This document shows, piece after piece, positions 9,672 to 20,441 of a stretch of 64,000 nucleotides of DNA. The notes under the pieces were generated by a model that had not been told where the DNA came from, searched no databases, and saw nothing but the letters and a program-made list of their open reading frames with translations. The first letter of the stretch is position 1; every line of letters starts with the position of its first letter. The position numbers and the translations under genes are program-made. The DNA comes from Polyangiaceae bacterium (lineage in GTDB: Bacteria > Myxococcota_A > Polyangia > Polyangiales > Polyangiaceae), in assembly GCA_965222375.1 (NCBI GenBank), contig CBDCTZ010000016.1, positions 96,001-160,000 on the forward strand, written 5' to 3'.

Positions 9672-11972
9672 TCAGCGCCGACGGCTCTGCCCAGTGCCAC
9701 GCTGCAATCGCGGCCGCTTCTTGCCCTGCTTTTTCCGATCCTCGGCTTTGGGCGGTGCCTTCCGCCCTCTCGCCTGCTCGGGCCGCCCCTTTCTGCCGCG
9801 GCCGCGAGCCTTGGTGCCCTTGCCCGCTGCACGTACGACTTTGTCCGGCGGAACGCGGCGCGCGTAGGTCATGCGGCGCAACACCGCGACGTCCTCAATC
9901 TCCACCAATAGGGGATCCCCGAGTTGCAAGGTGTCGCCGCTGTGGAGCCCCACCACGGAGAGCTCGTTGTCGTCCAGCTCGTAGCGATCCGGGCCGAGCG
10001 CGTCGTAGCGCACCAACACGTCCACGAAGGGCTCCTGCAGAGTCACAAAGACACCACTGCCCACCATTGCGGAGATCGTACCCTCAAGCACGTCACCGAT
10101 GCGGTCGCGCATGTACAGAACACGGTACAAATCCACGACCTCGCGCTCCACGACCATCGCCGCCCGCTCCCGCACGCTGGATTGCGTCGCAGACGCACGC
10201 AAGGCCTCGACCGCGCTCGGCGACGTGTCCGGTTTGTTGCCGCGAGACAGGGACTTCACCGCACGATGCACCTCGATGTCCGGATAACGGCGGATAGGCG
10301 AGGTGAAGTGCAAGTAGGCATCCGAAGCCAAGCCGAAGTGCCCCACGTTCACGATGTCGTAGACGGCCTGCTTCAGGGACCGAAGCAGCAGCATCTCCAA
10401 TACGTTCTTGCGAGGGTGGTCGTGAATCTTCTTCAAGAAGCGCCCAACACCAAGCGGGTCGACCAGCTCGTTCAGATCCACCGCCACCCCCAGGCGCTCC
10501 GCTACATCCGCGAGACGCTCCAGCTTTTTCTCGTCGGGGCGGGCGTGCACTCGGTACACAGCCGGAGATCGCTTGCTACTCAGCCATTCCGCGACCAGCT
10601 CGTTCGCGAGCAGCATCAGCTCTTCGACCATCTGATAGGCGCGCTTGATTCCGGGGTCTTCCGCGCGCCGCTCCACCCCGATGGGCGCACCAGTCTTCGG
10701 ATCCAACACCACCTTGGGTTCAGGCAGATCGAGATCGAGGGCGCCTCGCTTCATGCGCTTGCGGCGCAGTTTGCGCGACACCTCGTCGATGCACTTTAGG
10801 CCCTTCTTCAAAGATTCCGCCGGCGCACTGCGAGGTGGTTTGTTGGTGAATCCAAGAGCGCGGGCCACACCACCGTAGGTCAGCATGGCCTGAGAACGCA
10901 TCACGCCTTCGACGATTTCGAAGTGGGTCACCGTCGCGGACTTGTCCATGTCGGCGACCACGCACATGCAGAGCCGCTCCGCGTCTGGCAGCAGCGAGCA
11001 GACATCGGAAGCCAGCGCCGCCGGCAGCATCGGAATCGCGCGATCCGGCATATAAATGGTGCAACCGCGTGACACGGCCTCGGCGTCCAGGGCTGAACCC
11101 GGTTCCACGTACTCGGCCACGTCTGCAATGGCGATCCACACGCGATAGCCATCGTGCGTCTTCTCGACCCAAAGGGCATCATCATGATCCCGAGCGTCCT
11201 CGGGGTCGATGGTCGGTAGAGGCACGTTGCGCAAGTCGACGCGCCCCTCTTTGGGTGATTTGAGTAGCCGAGCAGCAAGGGCCTCCGCTTCACGAACCGC
11301 GGCGTCGGGATGGTCCTCTTCGATCTGTTCCCGCACCAAGATCTTGGCGACCTCGCAATTCGGGTCTCCGGGCACCCCGAGCACGGCCACCAACTCGCCC
11401 TCGGGGTTTTCGTCGGCCCGCTCAGGAAAGCGTGTGATGGTCACGACAGCGGCGTCGCCATCCTCGCCTTCGTGTTTTCCGATCAGCACGATCGGGCCGC
11501 GCACGCGAGTGTCATCCGGTTCGAGCCAACTGCTCTTGCGCCTTCGATGCAGCACGCCAGCGACCCGCGGATTGCGGCGCTGCACGATGGCTTCAATCCG
11601 TCCCTCATGGCCACGGCTGGTTCGACTGATCACGGAGATGCACACCTTGTCGCCGTGCATACCTGCACCCAAGCCATCGGCCGCGATGTAGACGTCGGGC
11701 TGCCCCACCGCGGTCACGAAACCGAAACCGCGAGGATTGACGCTCAGAACGCCCTCCCAGCTTTCTCCATCGGTCCTGGGCTGGGCCTTGAACCGCCCGC
11801 CGGGCAGACGCCCAATCGTTCCATCGAAGCTCAGTTGGTCCAAGAGCTCGAGCAGGCGAGAATAGGACGCTTCGTGCACACCACAGCGCTTGGCGATCGC
11901 ACGCGCGTGCAGGGGCCGGCCGGATTCCGCCAAGCAGCCGACGATGTCTCCACGGGACGGAAGGGGTCGCAT
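9672..11972 (-). CDS. rnr: Ribonuclease R
   Basis: wHTH N-terminus, cold-shock GFGFV, RNB motif TIDPEDARDHDDA, HFTSPIRRYPD, S1 domain, basic tail. ATG 11972 preferred; the 1075-aa ORF extension is spurious. Confidence 0.95.
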   Translation of the reverse strand: MRPLPSRGDIVGCLAESGRPLHARAIAKRCGVHEASYSRLLELLDQLSFDGTIGRLPGGRFKAQPRTDGESWEGVLSVNPRGFGFVTAVGQPDVYIAADGLGAGMHGDKVCISVISRTSRGHEGRIEAIVQRRNPRVAGVLHRRRKSSWLEPDDTRVRGPIVLIGKHEGEDGDAAVVTITRFPERADENPEGELVAVLGVPGDPNCEVAKILVREQIEEDHPDAAVREAEALAARLLKSPKEGRVDLRNVPLPTIDPEDARDHDDALWVEKTHDGYRVWIAIADVAEYVEPGSALDAEAVSRGCTIYMPDRAIPMLPAALASDVCSLLPDAERLCMCVVADMDKSATVTHFEIVEGVMRSQAMLTYGGVARALGFTNKPPRSAPAESLKKGLKCIDEVSRKLRRKRMKRGALDLDLPEPKVVLDPKTGAPIGVERRAEDPGIKRAYQMVEELMLLANELVAEWLSSKRSPAVYRVHARPDEKKLERLADVAERLGVAVDLNELVDPLGVGRFLKKIHDHPRKNVLEMLLLRSLKQAVYDIVNVGHFGLASDAYLHFTSPIRRYPDIEVHRAVKSLSRGNKPDTSPSAVEALRASATQSSVRERAAMVVEREVVDLYRVLYMRDRIGDVLEGTISAMVGSGVFVTLQEPFVDVLVRYDALGPDRYELDDNELSVVGLHSGDTLQLGDPLLVEIEDVAVLRRMTYARRVPPDKVVRAAGKGTKARGRGRKGRPEQARGRKAPPKAEDRKKQGKKRPRLQRGTGQSRRR

Positions 11973-12077
11973 GAGGGCCTTGTAGCCCAGAATCCCCGGC
12001 CGCGGGGCTGGCGGGAGTTCAGAACAAAACCGCGAATGAATCCGCGTCTTTGCACGGCAACGCCAGGGGCGTCTAAG

Positions 12078-13373
12078 ATGCGGTCCGTGCACACTGCCGG
12101 CTGGATGATCGCGCTTCGAATTTCGGTGCTGGTCGCCCTGGCCACCAGTGCGGCCTTGCTGGTGGACTACACCAGTTTCAATCCGGCTTTCTGCAGCCCA
12201 GGCTCGGGTTGCGCTTCGGTCCGCGCGAGCGGCTTCGGCTACGTCGCTGGTGTGCCCGTTCCCTTGCTGGGACTCTTGGGCTTCGGGCTGCTGTACGTTC
12301 TGTCGCTTTCCAAGTCCGCTGGCGCGAAGCGCTGGATTGCCCCGACGGCGACAGCTGGCGGCGTCATCGCCGTGCTCTTGATCTTGCTGCAGGCGGTCGT
12401 GATCGGTCACATCTGCACGTATTGTGTGGTTGTCGACCTCGCCGGCATTGCGGCAGGGGCAGCAGCGCTCGGCTACACGCGTGCCGGTGGCTCGAGGATC
12501 GTCAACGGCGAGGTGTTGCCGAGCTTCAGCTGGATCGCCCTGGGCGCCATTGCCATTGGCGCGCCACTGATCTGGCCGAAAGTTCGCCCCAAGCCCAATG
12601 TGCCGGCAGCCATTCAGGCGTTCTATGTGGCCGGCAAGATCAACGTCGTCGAGTTCGCTGACTTCCAGTGCCCCTTCTGCCGCATGCTGCATCCGCAGCT
12701 GAAGGCGATCACCCGCGACTATCCGGGCCAAGTGAACTTCGTGCGCATGAACATGCCTTTGGATCGGCACCCTCACGCCATGGACGCCGCCCGCGCTTAC
12801 GTCTGCGCCGCCGAGCAGGGCAAAGGTGAAGAGATGGCTGACGCTCTCTTCGAGACCGAGGAGCTCTCGGTCGCATCGAACCGACGACTCGCGGTGCAAA
12901 TGGCCCTCGACGCAAACAAATATGACGCGTGCCTGAAGGACCCAAAGACCGAGGCCGGGATCCGAAAGGAATCACAAATCCTCCGAAAAGCCGGCTTCCA
13001 AGGCTTGCCCACCACCTACGTGGGTAACGAGATCATCGTCGGCGCCCAAGGCGAAGAAGTCTTTCGCGAAGCCTTCGACCGCGCCGCCAAGGGTGCCGGC
13101 AACACCGGAGTACCGGGCTGGGCATTCCTGATCGGCGTGGTCGTCCTGGCCGGAGCGGCCGTCGGGATCGGCCGCATGCGATCCAACGGCGGCGGCGCGG
13201 CACACGCACCCCAAACCGCTAAGGCCAAGATATCCAAGAAGACCGGGCCCCGAGCCGAGGAGGCCGAAGCAGACGAAGACGAAGACGAAGACGACGAAGA
13301 CGACCCAAGCGGCCCCCAAGGGGCCGGAGACTCCGCGAACGAAGCAGACGAAGAGGACGACTCCACTAGCTGA
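12078..13373 (+). CDS. VKOR-DsbA/thioredoxin fusion protein
   Basis: VKOR loop FCSPGSGC and TM CTYC; DsbA-like VEFADFQCPFC and GLPT cis-Pro loop; C-terminal TM and acidic tail. Confidence 0.88.
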   Translation: MRSVHTAGWMIALRISVLVALATSAALLVDYTSFNPAFCSPGSGCASVRASGFGYVAGVPVPLLGLLGFGLLYVLSLSKSAGAKRWIAPTATAGGVIAVLLILLQAVVIGHICTYCVVVDLAGIAAGAAALGYTRAGGSRIVNGEVLPSFSWIALGAIAIGAPLIWPKVRPKPNVPAAIQAFYVAGKINVVEFADFQCPFCRMLHPQLKAITRDYPGQVNFVRMNMPLDRHPHAMDAARAYVCAAEQGKGEEMADALFETEELSVASNRRLAVQMALDANKYDACLKDPKTEAGIRKESQILRKAGFQGLPTTYVGNEIIVGAQGEEVFREAFDRAAKGAGNTGVPGWAFLIGVVVLAGAAVGIGRMRSNGGGAAHAPQTAKAKISKKTGPRAEEAEADEDEDEDDEDDPSGPQGAGDSANEADEEDDSTS

Positions 13374-13397
13374 CCCTGAGTCATGCTATGCTCAGAC

Positions 13398-14561
13398 ATG
13401 GCAGACCTAGACAGCGCCGAACACCTCGACGAAAACGGTCACGTCCCCTTCGAGGTATTCCAAGCGCTGCCAAAAACCGATCTGCATGTGCACGTCGACG
13501 GGTCGCTGAGGCTCGAGACCATCCTCGAGCTCGCGGCTGAAGAACAGATCCCCCTGCCCGCCGACAGCGTGGACGGCCTTCGCAACGCCATTGGCTGCGG
13601 GCGTATGTTTGGCTCTCTAGTCGACTACCTTCGCGGCTTCGAGATCACCCTCAAGGTGATGCAAACCGAAGAGGGCTTGGAACGCATCGCTTTCGAACTT
13701 GCCGAAGACGCCCATGGGGAAAACGTGCGCTACATGGAAGTGCGCTACTCACCCATGCTGCACACCCAGCGCGGGCTGAAGTTGACCAAGGTCGTGGAAG
13801 CCGTACTCGACGGTCTGCGCAGGGCCCGAGAAACCTATGGCATTAAAGCCAACGTGATCATCTGCGGGATCCGCAACATCTCGACGGAATCCTCCTACGA
13901 GATGGCGGAGTTAGCCGTCGCCTACAAAGGCCGCGGCGTCGTCGGCTTCGACCTGGCTGGCGCGGAGGCAGACAACCCGGCCAAACACCACAAACTGGCC
14001 TTCCAGCTCGTGCGGGACAACAACATCAACTGCACCATCCATGCTGGAGAAGCCTACGGCCCCGAGTCGGTCGCCCAGGCCATCCACGTCTGCGGCGCGC
14101 ACAGAATCGGCCACGGGGTACGTCTACGCGAAAGCGGCGACCTGCTGCACTACGTCAACGACCATCGCATCCCCCTGGAGTGCTGCCCCTCCAGCAACGT
14201 GCAGACCGGTGCCGTCCGCGATCTGTCGAGCCACCCGCTGACTCTCTATTTCGATCTCGGGTTGCGCGTGACCGTCAACACCGACAATCGCCTGATCACG
14301 GACACGTCCGTATCCAAGGAGCTCTACTTGGCCCACACCCAAATGGGCATGTCCTTCAAGGACATCAAGAGCATGATCGTGGGCGGCTTCAAATCCAGCT
14401 TCCGGCCCTTCCACGAAAAGCAGGCTGCTCTACGACGGGTCACCGCCGAGATCGAACGCTTCGACGACGAGGGTCGGTTGCGACCCGACGCACCGCCGTC
14501 GGGCTCGGAGCTACGGAGCCGACCCAGCGCGCCGAAGCCCACCGCACCGCGCTTGGGTTGA
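13398..14561 (+). CDS. add: Adenosine deaminase
   Basis: LPKTDLHVHVDGS, GFDLAGAE, TIHAGE, RIGHG, ECCPSSN, VNTDN. Confidence 0.93.
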   Translation: MADLDSAEHLDENGHVPFEVFQALPKTDLHVHVDGSLRLETILELAAEEQIPLPADSVDGLRNAIGCGRMFGSLVDYLRGFEITLKVMQTEEGLERIAFELAEDAHGENVRYMEVRYSPMLHTQRGLKLTKVVEAVLDGLRRARETYGIKANVIICGIRNISTESSYEMAELAVAYKGRGVVGFDLAGAEADNPAKHHKLAFQLVRDNNINCTIHAGEAYGPESVAQAIHVCGAHRIGHGVRLRESGDLLHYVNDHRIPLECCPSSNVQTGAVRDLSSHPLTLYFDLGLRVTVNTDNRLITDTSVSKELYLAHTQMGMSFKDIKSMIVGGFKSSFRPFHEKQAALRRVTAEIERFDDEGRLRPDAPPSGSELRSRPSAPKPTAPRLG

Positions 14562-14565
14562 ACGC

Positions 14566-15495
14566 CTAGATCCGCAAACCCGAGCGGACGTCGTCGCCCA
14601 AGACGGCGTCCAGGGTCTCGATAGCCGCCTCGACCTCCTTGGTTTGTACGTCCGGCAGGCGCACCAAGAAGCGCACGTAGAGGTCACCTGTCTTCTTGCT
14701 GCGCTTCACGCCGCGGCCCCTCAGGCGAACGACCTGGCCGCTCTGCGCGCCTGAGGGCACGGTCAACGCGACGGTCCCATCCGGGGTCGGGACCCGCACT
14801 TTCGCTCCGCGATACGCTTCACCGGGCAGGATGGGCACATCCATATACAGGTCCAATCCGTCTCGTTCGAACACGGGATGCGAAGAAACCCGAATCGACA
14901 GCATCAGATCGCCAGGCGGCCCGCCGACGACTCCCGGAGCGCCGTGACCCGGAACCCGCACGCGATCCCCATCCGCCGCACCCGCGGGGATCCGCACCGC
15001 GACCTCGTCGCCGCCGTCTTGAACCCGCAGTTTCAAGGTTGCGCCGCGGATGGCGCTCATGAAGTCGACGGTGACCTCACTCGATACGTCATGTCCCTTG
15101 ACGGGCCCTCGGCGAGCACGACCGCCAAAGAGATCTCCGAATAGATCCCCGATGCCACTGTTCTGCGCAGCGCCAAAGATCTCCTCGAAGCCAACACTGC
15201 CGCTGCGACCATAGCGAACGCGCCCACCGGCGGCGCGCTTGTAGGCGCGAGCGGCCTGTACATCGAAACCCTCTCTGAGGCCGTCCTCGCCAAACTCATC
15301 GTACAGCGAGCGTTTCTCTTGGTCGCTCAAGGTCTGGTACGCGCGATTCACCGACTTGAAGCGCGCTTCGGCCTGCTTGTCGTTGGGGTTCTTGTCGGGG
15401 TGCAGCTCCGCCGCGAGCTTGCGATACGCCTTCTTGATCTCGTCGGCCCCGGCATCACGCTTGACGCCGAGTTCTTTGTAAAAATCCCTGGCCAT
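14566..15495 (-). CDS. DnaJ-class chaperone without zinc finger (CbpA-like)
   Basis: J domain with HPD, G/F-rich region, C-terminal domain, no CxxCxGxG repeats. Confidence 0.92.
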   Translation of the reverse strand: MARDFYKELGVKRDAGADEIKKAYRKLAAELHPDKNPNDKQAEARFKSVNRAYQTLSDQEKRSLYDEFGEDGLREGFDVQAARAYKRAAGGRVRYGRSGSVGFEEIFGAAQNSGIGDLFGDLFGGRARRGPVKGHDVSSEVTVDFMSAIRGATLKLRVQDGGDEVAVRIPAGAADGDRVRVPGHGAPGVVGGPPGDLMLSIRVSSHPVFERDGLDLYMDVPILPGEAYRGAKVRVPTPDGTVALTVPSGAQSGQVVRLRGRGVKRSKKTGDLYVRFLVRLPDVQTKEVEAAIETLDAVLGDDVRSGLRI

Positions 15496-15555
15496 AGCCT
15501 TCCGTCAAAGTAAGTACGCAGCAGCCTTGGGGCAAGCACGACCGGGGAGCGGGCC

Positions 15556-16434
15556 TCAGCCTTGGTTTTTGCGCCGGGGGGCGAGCCGTTTGCGAGGCCC
15601 CCGACAGGTCACGGCGATGGAGTCGACTTGGTGCGTTGGCGGCTCATCGCTGAAGTCCCCAGAGTACTCGATCGCCGAAAAGCCCGCCGCCTCCAACAGA
15701 CCGCGCATTTCCAACGGAAAAAATTGCCGGTGAGTCAACGGCACGGTCCAACCCGGGCTGCCATCTTCCGGGAAAAACTCCATCCACACCACGAGCAACT
15801 GCCGCAACGGATCGTATTCGAAGCGCTCGGCATACCGAGTCAGCTTCCCGGTGGTCGGGTGGCGAAAGCGCGGGGCGCGATAGCGCTTGTTCGGGTCCAA
15901 ACATAGGTCCGCAGGCTGCGGAATCGAAAAGTCGAAGGCCAAGACGCCCTTCGGCGTCAGGTGCTTTTGCACCGTGTGGAAGAAGCTCCGCGCTTCCTCC
16001 AGCGTGTAGAGATGCAGCACGACGTTGAAGGGCGCGATCACCAGAGGGAACCGGCGCCTCAGCGAAAGCGAAGCGAAATCCGCGTGCTTCAGCGTCACTC
16101 GGGCGCATAGCGCTGGGTCCTCGGAGACCTTTTCCTCCAGGGCGCGCAACATGGGTCGCGAAAGATCGACGGCTGTCACGTCGACGCCCGCGCGCGCCAG
16201 CGCCAAAGTCACGCGACCACTACCGGCCCCCAACTCGAGAACGGGTCCGCCGGTTTGCTCGGCCTGCTTGACGTACCAAGCAACGTCCTCGACACGCTTG
16301 GCGTAAGTGCGATCGTAATACGCAGGATCGGCGTAGTGGGCGAGGGCGCCCAGGTCACCCGCTTGACCCAGATCGCCCGCGGTCAGGCCGGGAACAGATT
16401 GCCGAGATTTGTTGCGCGCCGCGCGCGGGCTCAC
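15556..16434 (-). CDS. Class I SAM-dependent methyltransferase
   Basis: [10 protein letters not shown] motif I, VDLS; GTG start overlaps the rpoZ stop (GTGA). Confidence 0.88.
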   Translation of the reverse strand: MSPRAARNKSRQSVPGLTAGDLGQAGDLGALAHYADPAYYDRTYAKRVEDVAWYVKQAEQTGGPVLELGAGSGRVTLALARAGVDVTAVDLSRPMLRALEEKVSEDPALCARVTLKHADFASLSLRRRFPLVIAPFNVVLHLYTLEEARSFFHTVQKHLTPKGVLAFDFSIPQPADLCLDPNKRYRAPRFRHPTTGKLTRYAERFEYDPLRQLLVVWMEFFPEDGSPGWTVPLTHRQFFPLEMRGLLEAAGFSAIEYSGDFSDEPPTHQVDSIAVTCRGPRKRLAPRRKNQG

Positions 16435-16673
16435 TGCGGTTCGGCGGCTTGGATCTCCGCGATGTACTCGCGAACGACCTCTTCACTCTGCCGGTGCCAG
16501 TAGACGCGGCCCTTGGCGATTTCACGCAGGCTCACGACAGCAGCCTTGTTCTTCGCATTCACCAGCGCCGGAGCACCTTTCATCAACTGGCGGGTGCGGT
16601 GTGATGCCAACACCACCAGTGCGAAACGGTTTTCTTCGTGCTCCAAGCAATCTTCAACGGTAACGCGCGCCAC
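16431..16673 (-). CDS. rpoZ: RNA polymerase omega subunit
   Basis: (M)ARVTVEDCL...[16 protein letters not shown]...[12 protein letters not shown]. Confidence 0.95.
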   Translation of the reverse strand: MARVTVEDCLEHEENRFALVVLASHRTRQLMKGAPALVNAKNKAAVVSLREIAKGRVYWHRQSEEVVREYIAEIQAAEPQ

Positions 16674-16849
16674 AAAGGCCTCCTTCGAAAGGGGCGGCGA
16701 AGCTAGCTGAAGGCAATCCCTCGCGCAACCTGATGACCCCACTGCTCCTGAGTTCAGTGCAGCCGCGTTCCGCCAGGCGCCCCCGGCATTTGGCAAAACC
16801 CCGCGTTTTTCCTAACCCAAAGCCGCCGCAACCGCGCAGGATGTCCCCC

Positions 16850-17449
16850 ATGAAACGCCTGCATCGCGACAATCTATTCGCGTGGTCCCAATTCGACGAG
16901 GCCCGCAATCTGGATTTCCACAGCGTGCTCTGGCTGCGTAACGACGGCAACGTCATCGTCGACCCACTGCCCCTGTCGGATCACGATCAACAGCACGTGG
17001 ACGCCCTCGGCGGCGTGGACACGATCATCGTCACCAACTCCGACCATCTGCGTGCCGCCCCCGAGTTGAAGCAACGTTACGGGGCGGAACTTTGCGGACC
17101 CAGCGCGGAGCGATCCCACCTCGCCGCACCCTGCGACCGTTGGCTCGAAGACGGCGAAGAAGTCGTACCGGGATTGCGCGTGCGAGAGCTCGCCGGCTCC
17201 AAGACCCCAGGCGAACTCTGCGTCCTGCTCGAGCCCCACACTCTGATCTTCGGCGATTTGGTGCGTGGCCACCTCGGCGGCAGGCTCAATCTACTCCCAG
17301 AGCCGAAGCTCGCGGATCCCGAAGCCGCGCGCAGCAGCGTCCGACAACTCACCGAAGCGGTTGCCGTCGAGGCCGTTCTCGTCGGCGACGGTTGGCACAT
17401 CTTCCGTGACGGCCAGCGAGCCCTCGAGGACCTAGTTCAAACTTTCTAG
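16850..17449 (+). CDS. MBL-fold metallo-hydrolase-like protein
   Basis: VIVDP, IVTNSDH, GSKTPGE, IFGD, VLVGDG; degenerate metal motif. Confidence 0.75.
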   Translation: MKRLHRDNLFAWSQFDEARNLDFHSVLWLRNDGNVIVDPLPLSDHDQQHVDALGGVDTIIVTNSDHLRAAPELKQRYGAELCGPSAERSHLAAPCDRWLEDGEEVVPGLRVRELAGSKTPGELCVLLEPHTLIFGDLVRGHLGGRLNLLPEPKLADPEAARSSVRQLTEAVAVEAVLVGDGWHIFRDGQRALEDLVQTF

Positions 17450-17528
17450 CCGCTCCATCAACATGCCGAGCGCGCCGCTATCGACCCGCGGGTTCAAAGC
17501 TTCCACAAAGTCGCCTACAGTCCCACTC

Positions 17529-18296
17529 ATGAGCGACGACGAAGGCGAGTGGGACTTCTACTATTGCCGGGTGGACGACGCCCCAGCGTCGATCTTCCTG
17601 AACTTCAAGCTCCAAAGAGAACGCCCCGTCGCGGACACCCTCTACTATGCGGGCCTGCAAATGCTCGACCCAGCCGATCACGGCATGGGCGGCCCCGAAG
17701 ACGCCGAGGCGCTCTGGGCTTTGGAAGACACCATCACCGCCCAGGCCAAAGAAGCCGGCCTCACCTACGTCGGCCGCCTGCGCAACCACGGTGACTGGCA
17801 ACTGACCTTCTACGGCCCGAGCGGCAAAGAAGAACGCCTCGAAGAGATCATCGTCGAGGCGCTGGCCAGCGGAGAGCGTGGTTACCGGGTCGGAAGCAAA
17901 GAAGACGCCGACTGGAACTACTACGAAGACTTCATGCTCCCGGACGCCGAGCGTTGGCAATGGATCATGGATCGCCGCGTCGTACAACAACTCGAAAGCC
18001 GCGGCGATCCTCTCGACGTGCCCCGCGAGGTCGACCACTTCATCGCCTTTCCCGACGCCGACAAGCGCGACGTCTACGCCCGCGCCGCCGAAGCCCTCGG
18101 CTTCCGCCCCAGCCCCGCAAACCCGGACCAAGCCGCCGAGCTGCCCTTTGGCATCTCCTTGCACCGCGACGACGCCGTGAATCTCAACCACATCCACGAA
18201 GTCGTGATGACCCTCTCCGACCTAGCCGACGAACACGGCGGCGACTACGACGGCTGGGGCTGCGTCCTAGTAGCCGATCCCAAAACCCAGAATTAG
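17529..18296 (+). CDS. DUF695 / RraB-like domain protein
   Basis: WDFYYCRVDDAPASI N-terminus; GDPLDVPREVDHFIAF...GGDYDGWG C-terminus. Confidence 0.78.
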   Translation: MSDDEGEWDFYYCRVDDAPASIFLNFKLQRERPVADTLYYAGLQMLDPADHGMGGPEDAEALWALEDTITAQAKEAGLTYVGRLRNHGDWQLTFYGPSGKEERLEEIIVEALASGERGYRVGSKEDADWNYYEDFMLPDAERWQWIMDRRVVQQLESRGDPLDVPREVDHFIAFPDADKRDVYARAAEALGFRPSPANPDQAAELPFGISLHRDDAVNLNHIHEVVMTLSDLADEHGGDYDGWGCVLVADPKTQN

Positions 18297-18336
18297 GTGC
18301 TTTGTTTTGGGAACGCTCCTTGCGCGGGATCCAGAG

Positions 18337-19527
18337 TCAGTTCACACAAGGATCAGGTGGCGGGGGGGTTGGACTGGCGACCCCACCGAGTTGCACCGGG
18401 CTAGCTTCGAAGCCTATCGCAACACTGATCGCGTCGCAGTGCTTCGCAGGGTCGCCGTTGGTTCCATCGGACATGATGTCGCTGGTCTGGCGAATCGCGA
18501 TCAGCGCACCCTCGAGGGTTGGGTTGCCCGGACAGAGCTGGCCGCCAGTGAGGTAACCCGCGGCCTTCTCGAACTCGCTGACCAGTTGAGTCGTCTTGAC
18601 GAGGCCGGAAATAACGCCATTGGAAGCGCCCGCGCCACCAGGGGTGACGTTCATCGTGATGACCGCATTGAGAATGACGAGCGAAATCGCCCAGCCGCCG
18701 ATGTCAATGTTTAGCTCCACCAGGCCTTTGCCGCCGCTTACCCACGTTCCGCCAACCACGTAGCTGGCTGGGAACCTCACTCGGGGCTGGTTCACACTGC
18801 CGCCATTGACGGAATCGGGCAGGACCTGCCGCACATCGCTGCCGTTCCACGCGGGCGGACCCTGCAGCGGCGCTCCCTTGTAAAGCGCAGCGCTGATGTT
18901 CGTCTGGTTCGGCGCATTGTCTAAGTTGTCCAGCTTCAGGAGCACCGTGGCGCCTCCCTGCTCGATGGCAAGACTCGTGTCATCACTAGGCGAAGGGACG
19001 AGTGTCTTCAGAATCGGGACGACGTTCTTGCCGAAGCCGTTGTCGATGCCCTCGGTGCCGTCCACCTTGTTGGAAGGCGGCGTGTTCGGTTGCAGCGTGC
19101 AGTGATTGGAACCCGTCTTCGTCGAAAGCAGGCCGTCGAGATTGAAACCATAGTTCGCCCAGGCGTTCGGATCGGGCTGCCCGCTCGTATTGGTTTCGCC
19201 CAGGAACACGCGGCGGATGGCGAGCACCGTCGGAGTCGAACCCGTGCCAACGCTGCCTCCTCCTGGCGCCGGCGGCTGCTTTCCCGGAGCGGATGGATCG
19301 GTGGTTGGAGAGCCGCCAGAACCCGTCAGGCCCGTGCCGCCGCTACCGACGAGACCCGAGCCTCCAGTGCCGACGAGACCGGAGCCACCCGAACCACCAG
19401 CGGCAGCTTGGCCGCCCCCGCCGTCGGGAGCGCCGCCCCCACCGCTGCCCTTGCTGGAGCATCCCACTGGCCCTGCCACAACAACGAGCGCCGCAGCGCC
19501 ACCCAAAGCGAGTCTTCGAAGCAACAT
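18337..19527 (-). CDS. Myxobacterial-type lipoprotein with Gly-rich linker
   Basis: Lipobox PVGC, Gly/Ser linker, GFNLDG...DGTEGIDN, CDAISVAIGF. Confidence 0.8.
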   Translation of the reverse strand: MLLRRLALGGAAALVVVAGPVGCSSKGSGGGGAPDGGGGQAAAGGSGGSGLVGTGGSGLVGSGGTGLTGSGGSPTTDPSAPGKQPPAPGGGSVGTGSTPTVLAIRRVFLGETNTSGQPDPNAWANYGFNLDGLLSTKTGSNHCTLQPNTPPSNKVDGTEGIDNGFGKNVVPILKTLVPSPSDDTSLAIEQGGATVLLKLDNLDNAPNQTNISAALYKGAPLQGPPAWNGSDVRQVLPDSVNGGSVNQPRVRFPASYVVGGTWVSGGKGLVELNIDIGGWAISLVILNAVITMNVTPGGAGASNGVISGLVKTTQLVSEFEKAAGYLTGGQLCPGNPTLEGALIAIRQTSDIMSDGTNGDPAKHCDAISVAIGFEASPVQLGGVASPTPPPPDPCVN

Positions 19528-19728
19528 TTCTCCTCCCACCAAGCGCACCGGCAGTATGCATCGCGCTCTGCTCGAACGCCACGGCGACTCCAGAACCGAC
19601 GTGACCAGCATCATGGAACCCACGAGGCGGCCCCGCCACTGGCTTCATTCGATTGTTGCACCAGTGCGACAGCCTTTTCCGGCTGGCGGCATTGTCACGG
19701 GCGAAGACTCTCCTTAGGAATCTTCACC

Positions 19729-20436
19729 ATGAACAAGATCAAGACCTGGGGATTTCGAGGCGGGATGCTGCTGGTGGCGGGGTCGCTGGCACTGATGGGC
19801 TGCGACAAGAAGGAGACGCCCAAGAGCGAAGCTCCCACGACGACAGCCAAGACGCCGGAAACCCCCAAACCACAGCCCAAACCGGAAACGCCTCCTGCGC
19901 AAGGCGGCGCGCCGAAGCTGGCCGACGCCAAGGGATCCTACAAACTGGACGTCGCGCACTCCGTCGTTGTGTTCGCTGCCAAGCATGCCGGGCTGTCCTA
20001 CACTTACGGCCGCTTCAACAAAGTCGACGGCACGATCACGATTGGTGACGACGCCGCCAAGAGCTCCGTGGAGCTGGAGATCGATGCCGCAAGCATCTTC
20101 ACCGCCAGCAAGAAGCGGGACGATCACCTCAAGAATGCCGACTTCCTGAACGTAAAGCAGTTTCCGAAGATCACTTTCAAGAGCAAGGAAGTGAAGGATT
20201 CCGGCGGCGGCAAGTACGACGTCACTGGAGACTTGACCCTTCACGGCGTGACCAAACCGGTGACCGTGACGATGGAGCACATTGGGGCCGGCGAGTTCCC
20301 AATGGACAAGTCTTTCCGCACGGGCTTCGAAGGCAACGTCACGATCAAGCGCAGCGACTTCGAAATGAAGAACATGCTGGAGGCGGTCAGCGATGAGATT
20401 CGCTTGATCATCTCCGTCGAAGGCATTCGCCAGTAG
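19729..20436 (+). CDS. YceI-family lipoprotein
   Basis: Lipobox LMGC; YKLDVAHS, GRFN, RDDHLKNADF, GDLTLHGVTKPV, IKRSDF. Confidence 0.9.
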   Translation: MNKIKTWGFRGGMLLVAGSLALMGCDKKETPKSEAPTTTAKTPETPKPQPKPETPPAQGGAPKLADAKGSYKLDVAHSVVVFAAKHAGLSYTYGRFNKVDGTITIGDDAAKSSVELEIDAASIFTASKKRDDHLKNADFLNVKQFPKITFKSKEVKDSGGGKYDVTGDLTLHGVTKPVTVTMEHIGAGEFPMDKSFRTGFEGNVTIKRSDFEMKNMLEAVSDEIRLIISVEGIRQ

Positions 20437-20441
20437 TCGAC

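Noticed and set aside
11310..12899. Apparent long overlap of the 1075-aa rnr ORF and the 687-aa VKOR ORF
   Set aside because: Each extension is the antisense of the other gene; real starts near 11972 and 12078 give an ordinary divergent pair.
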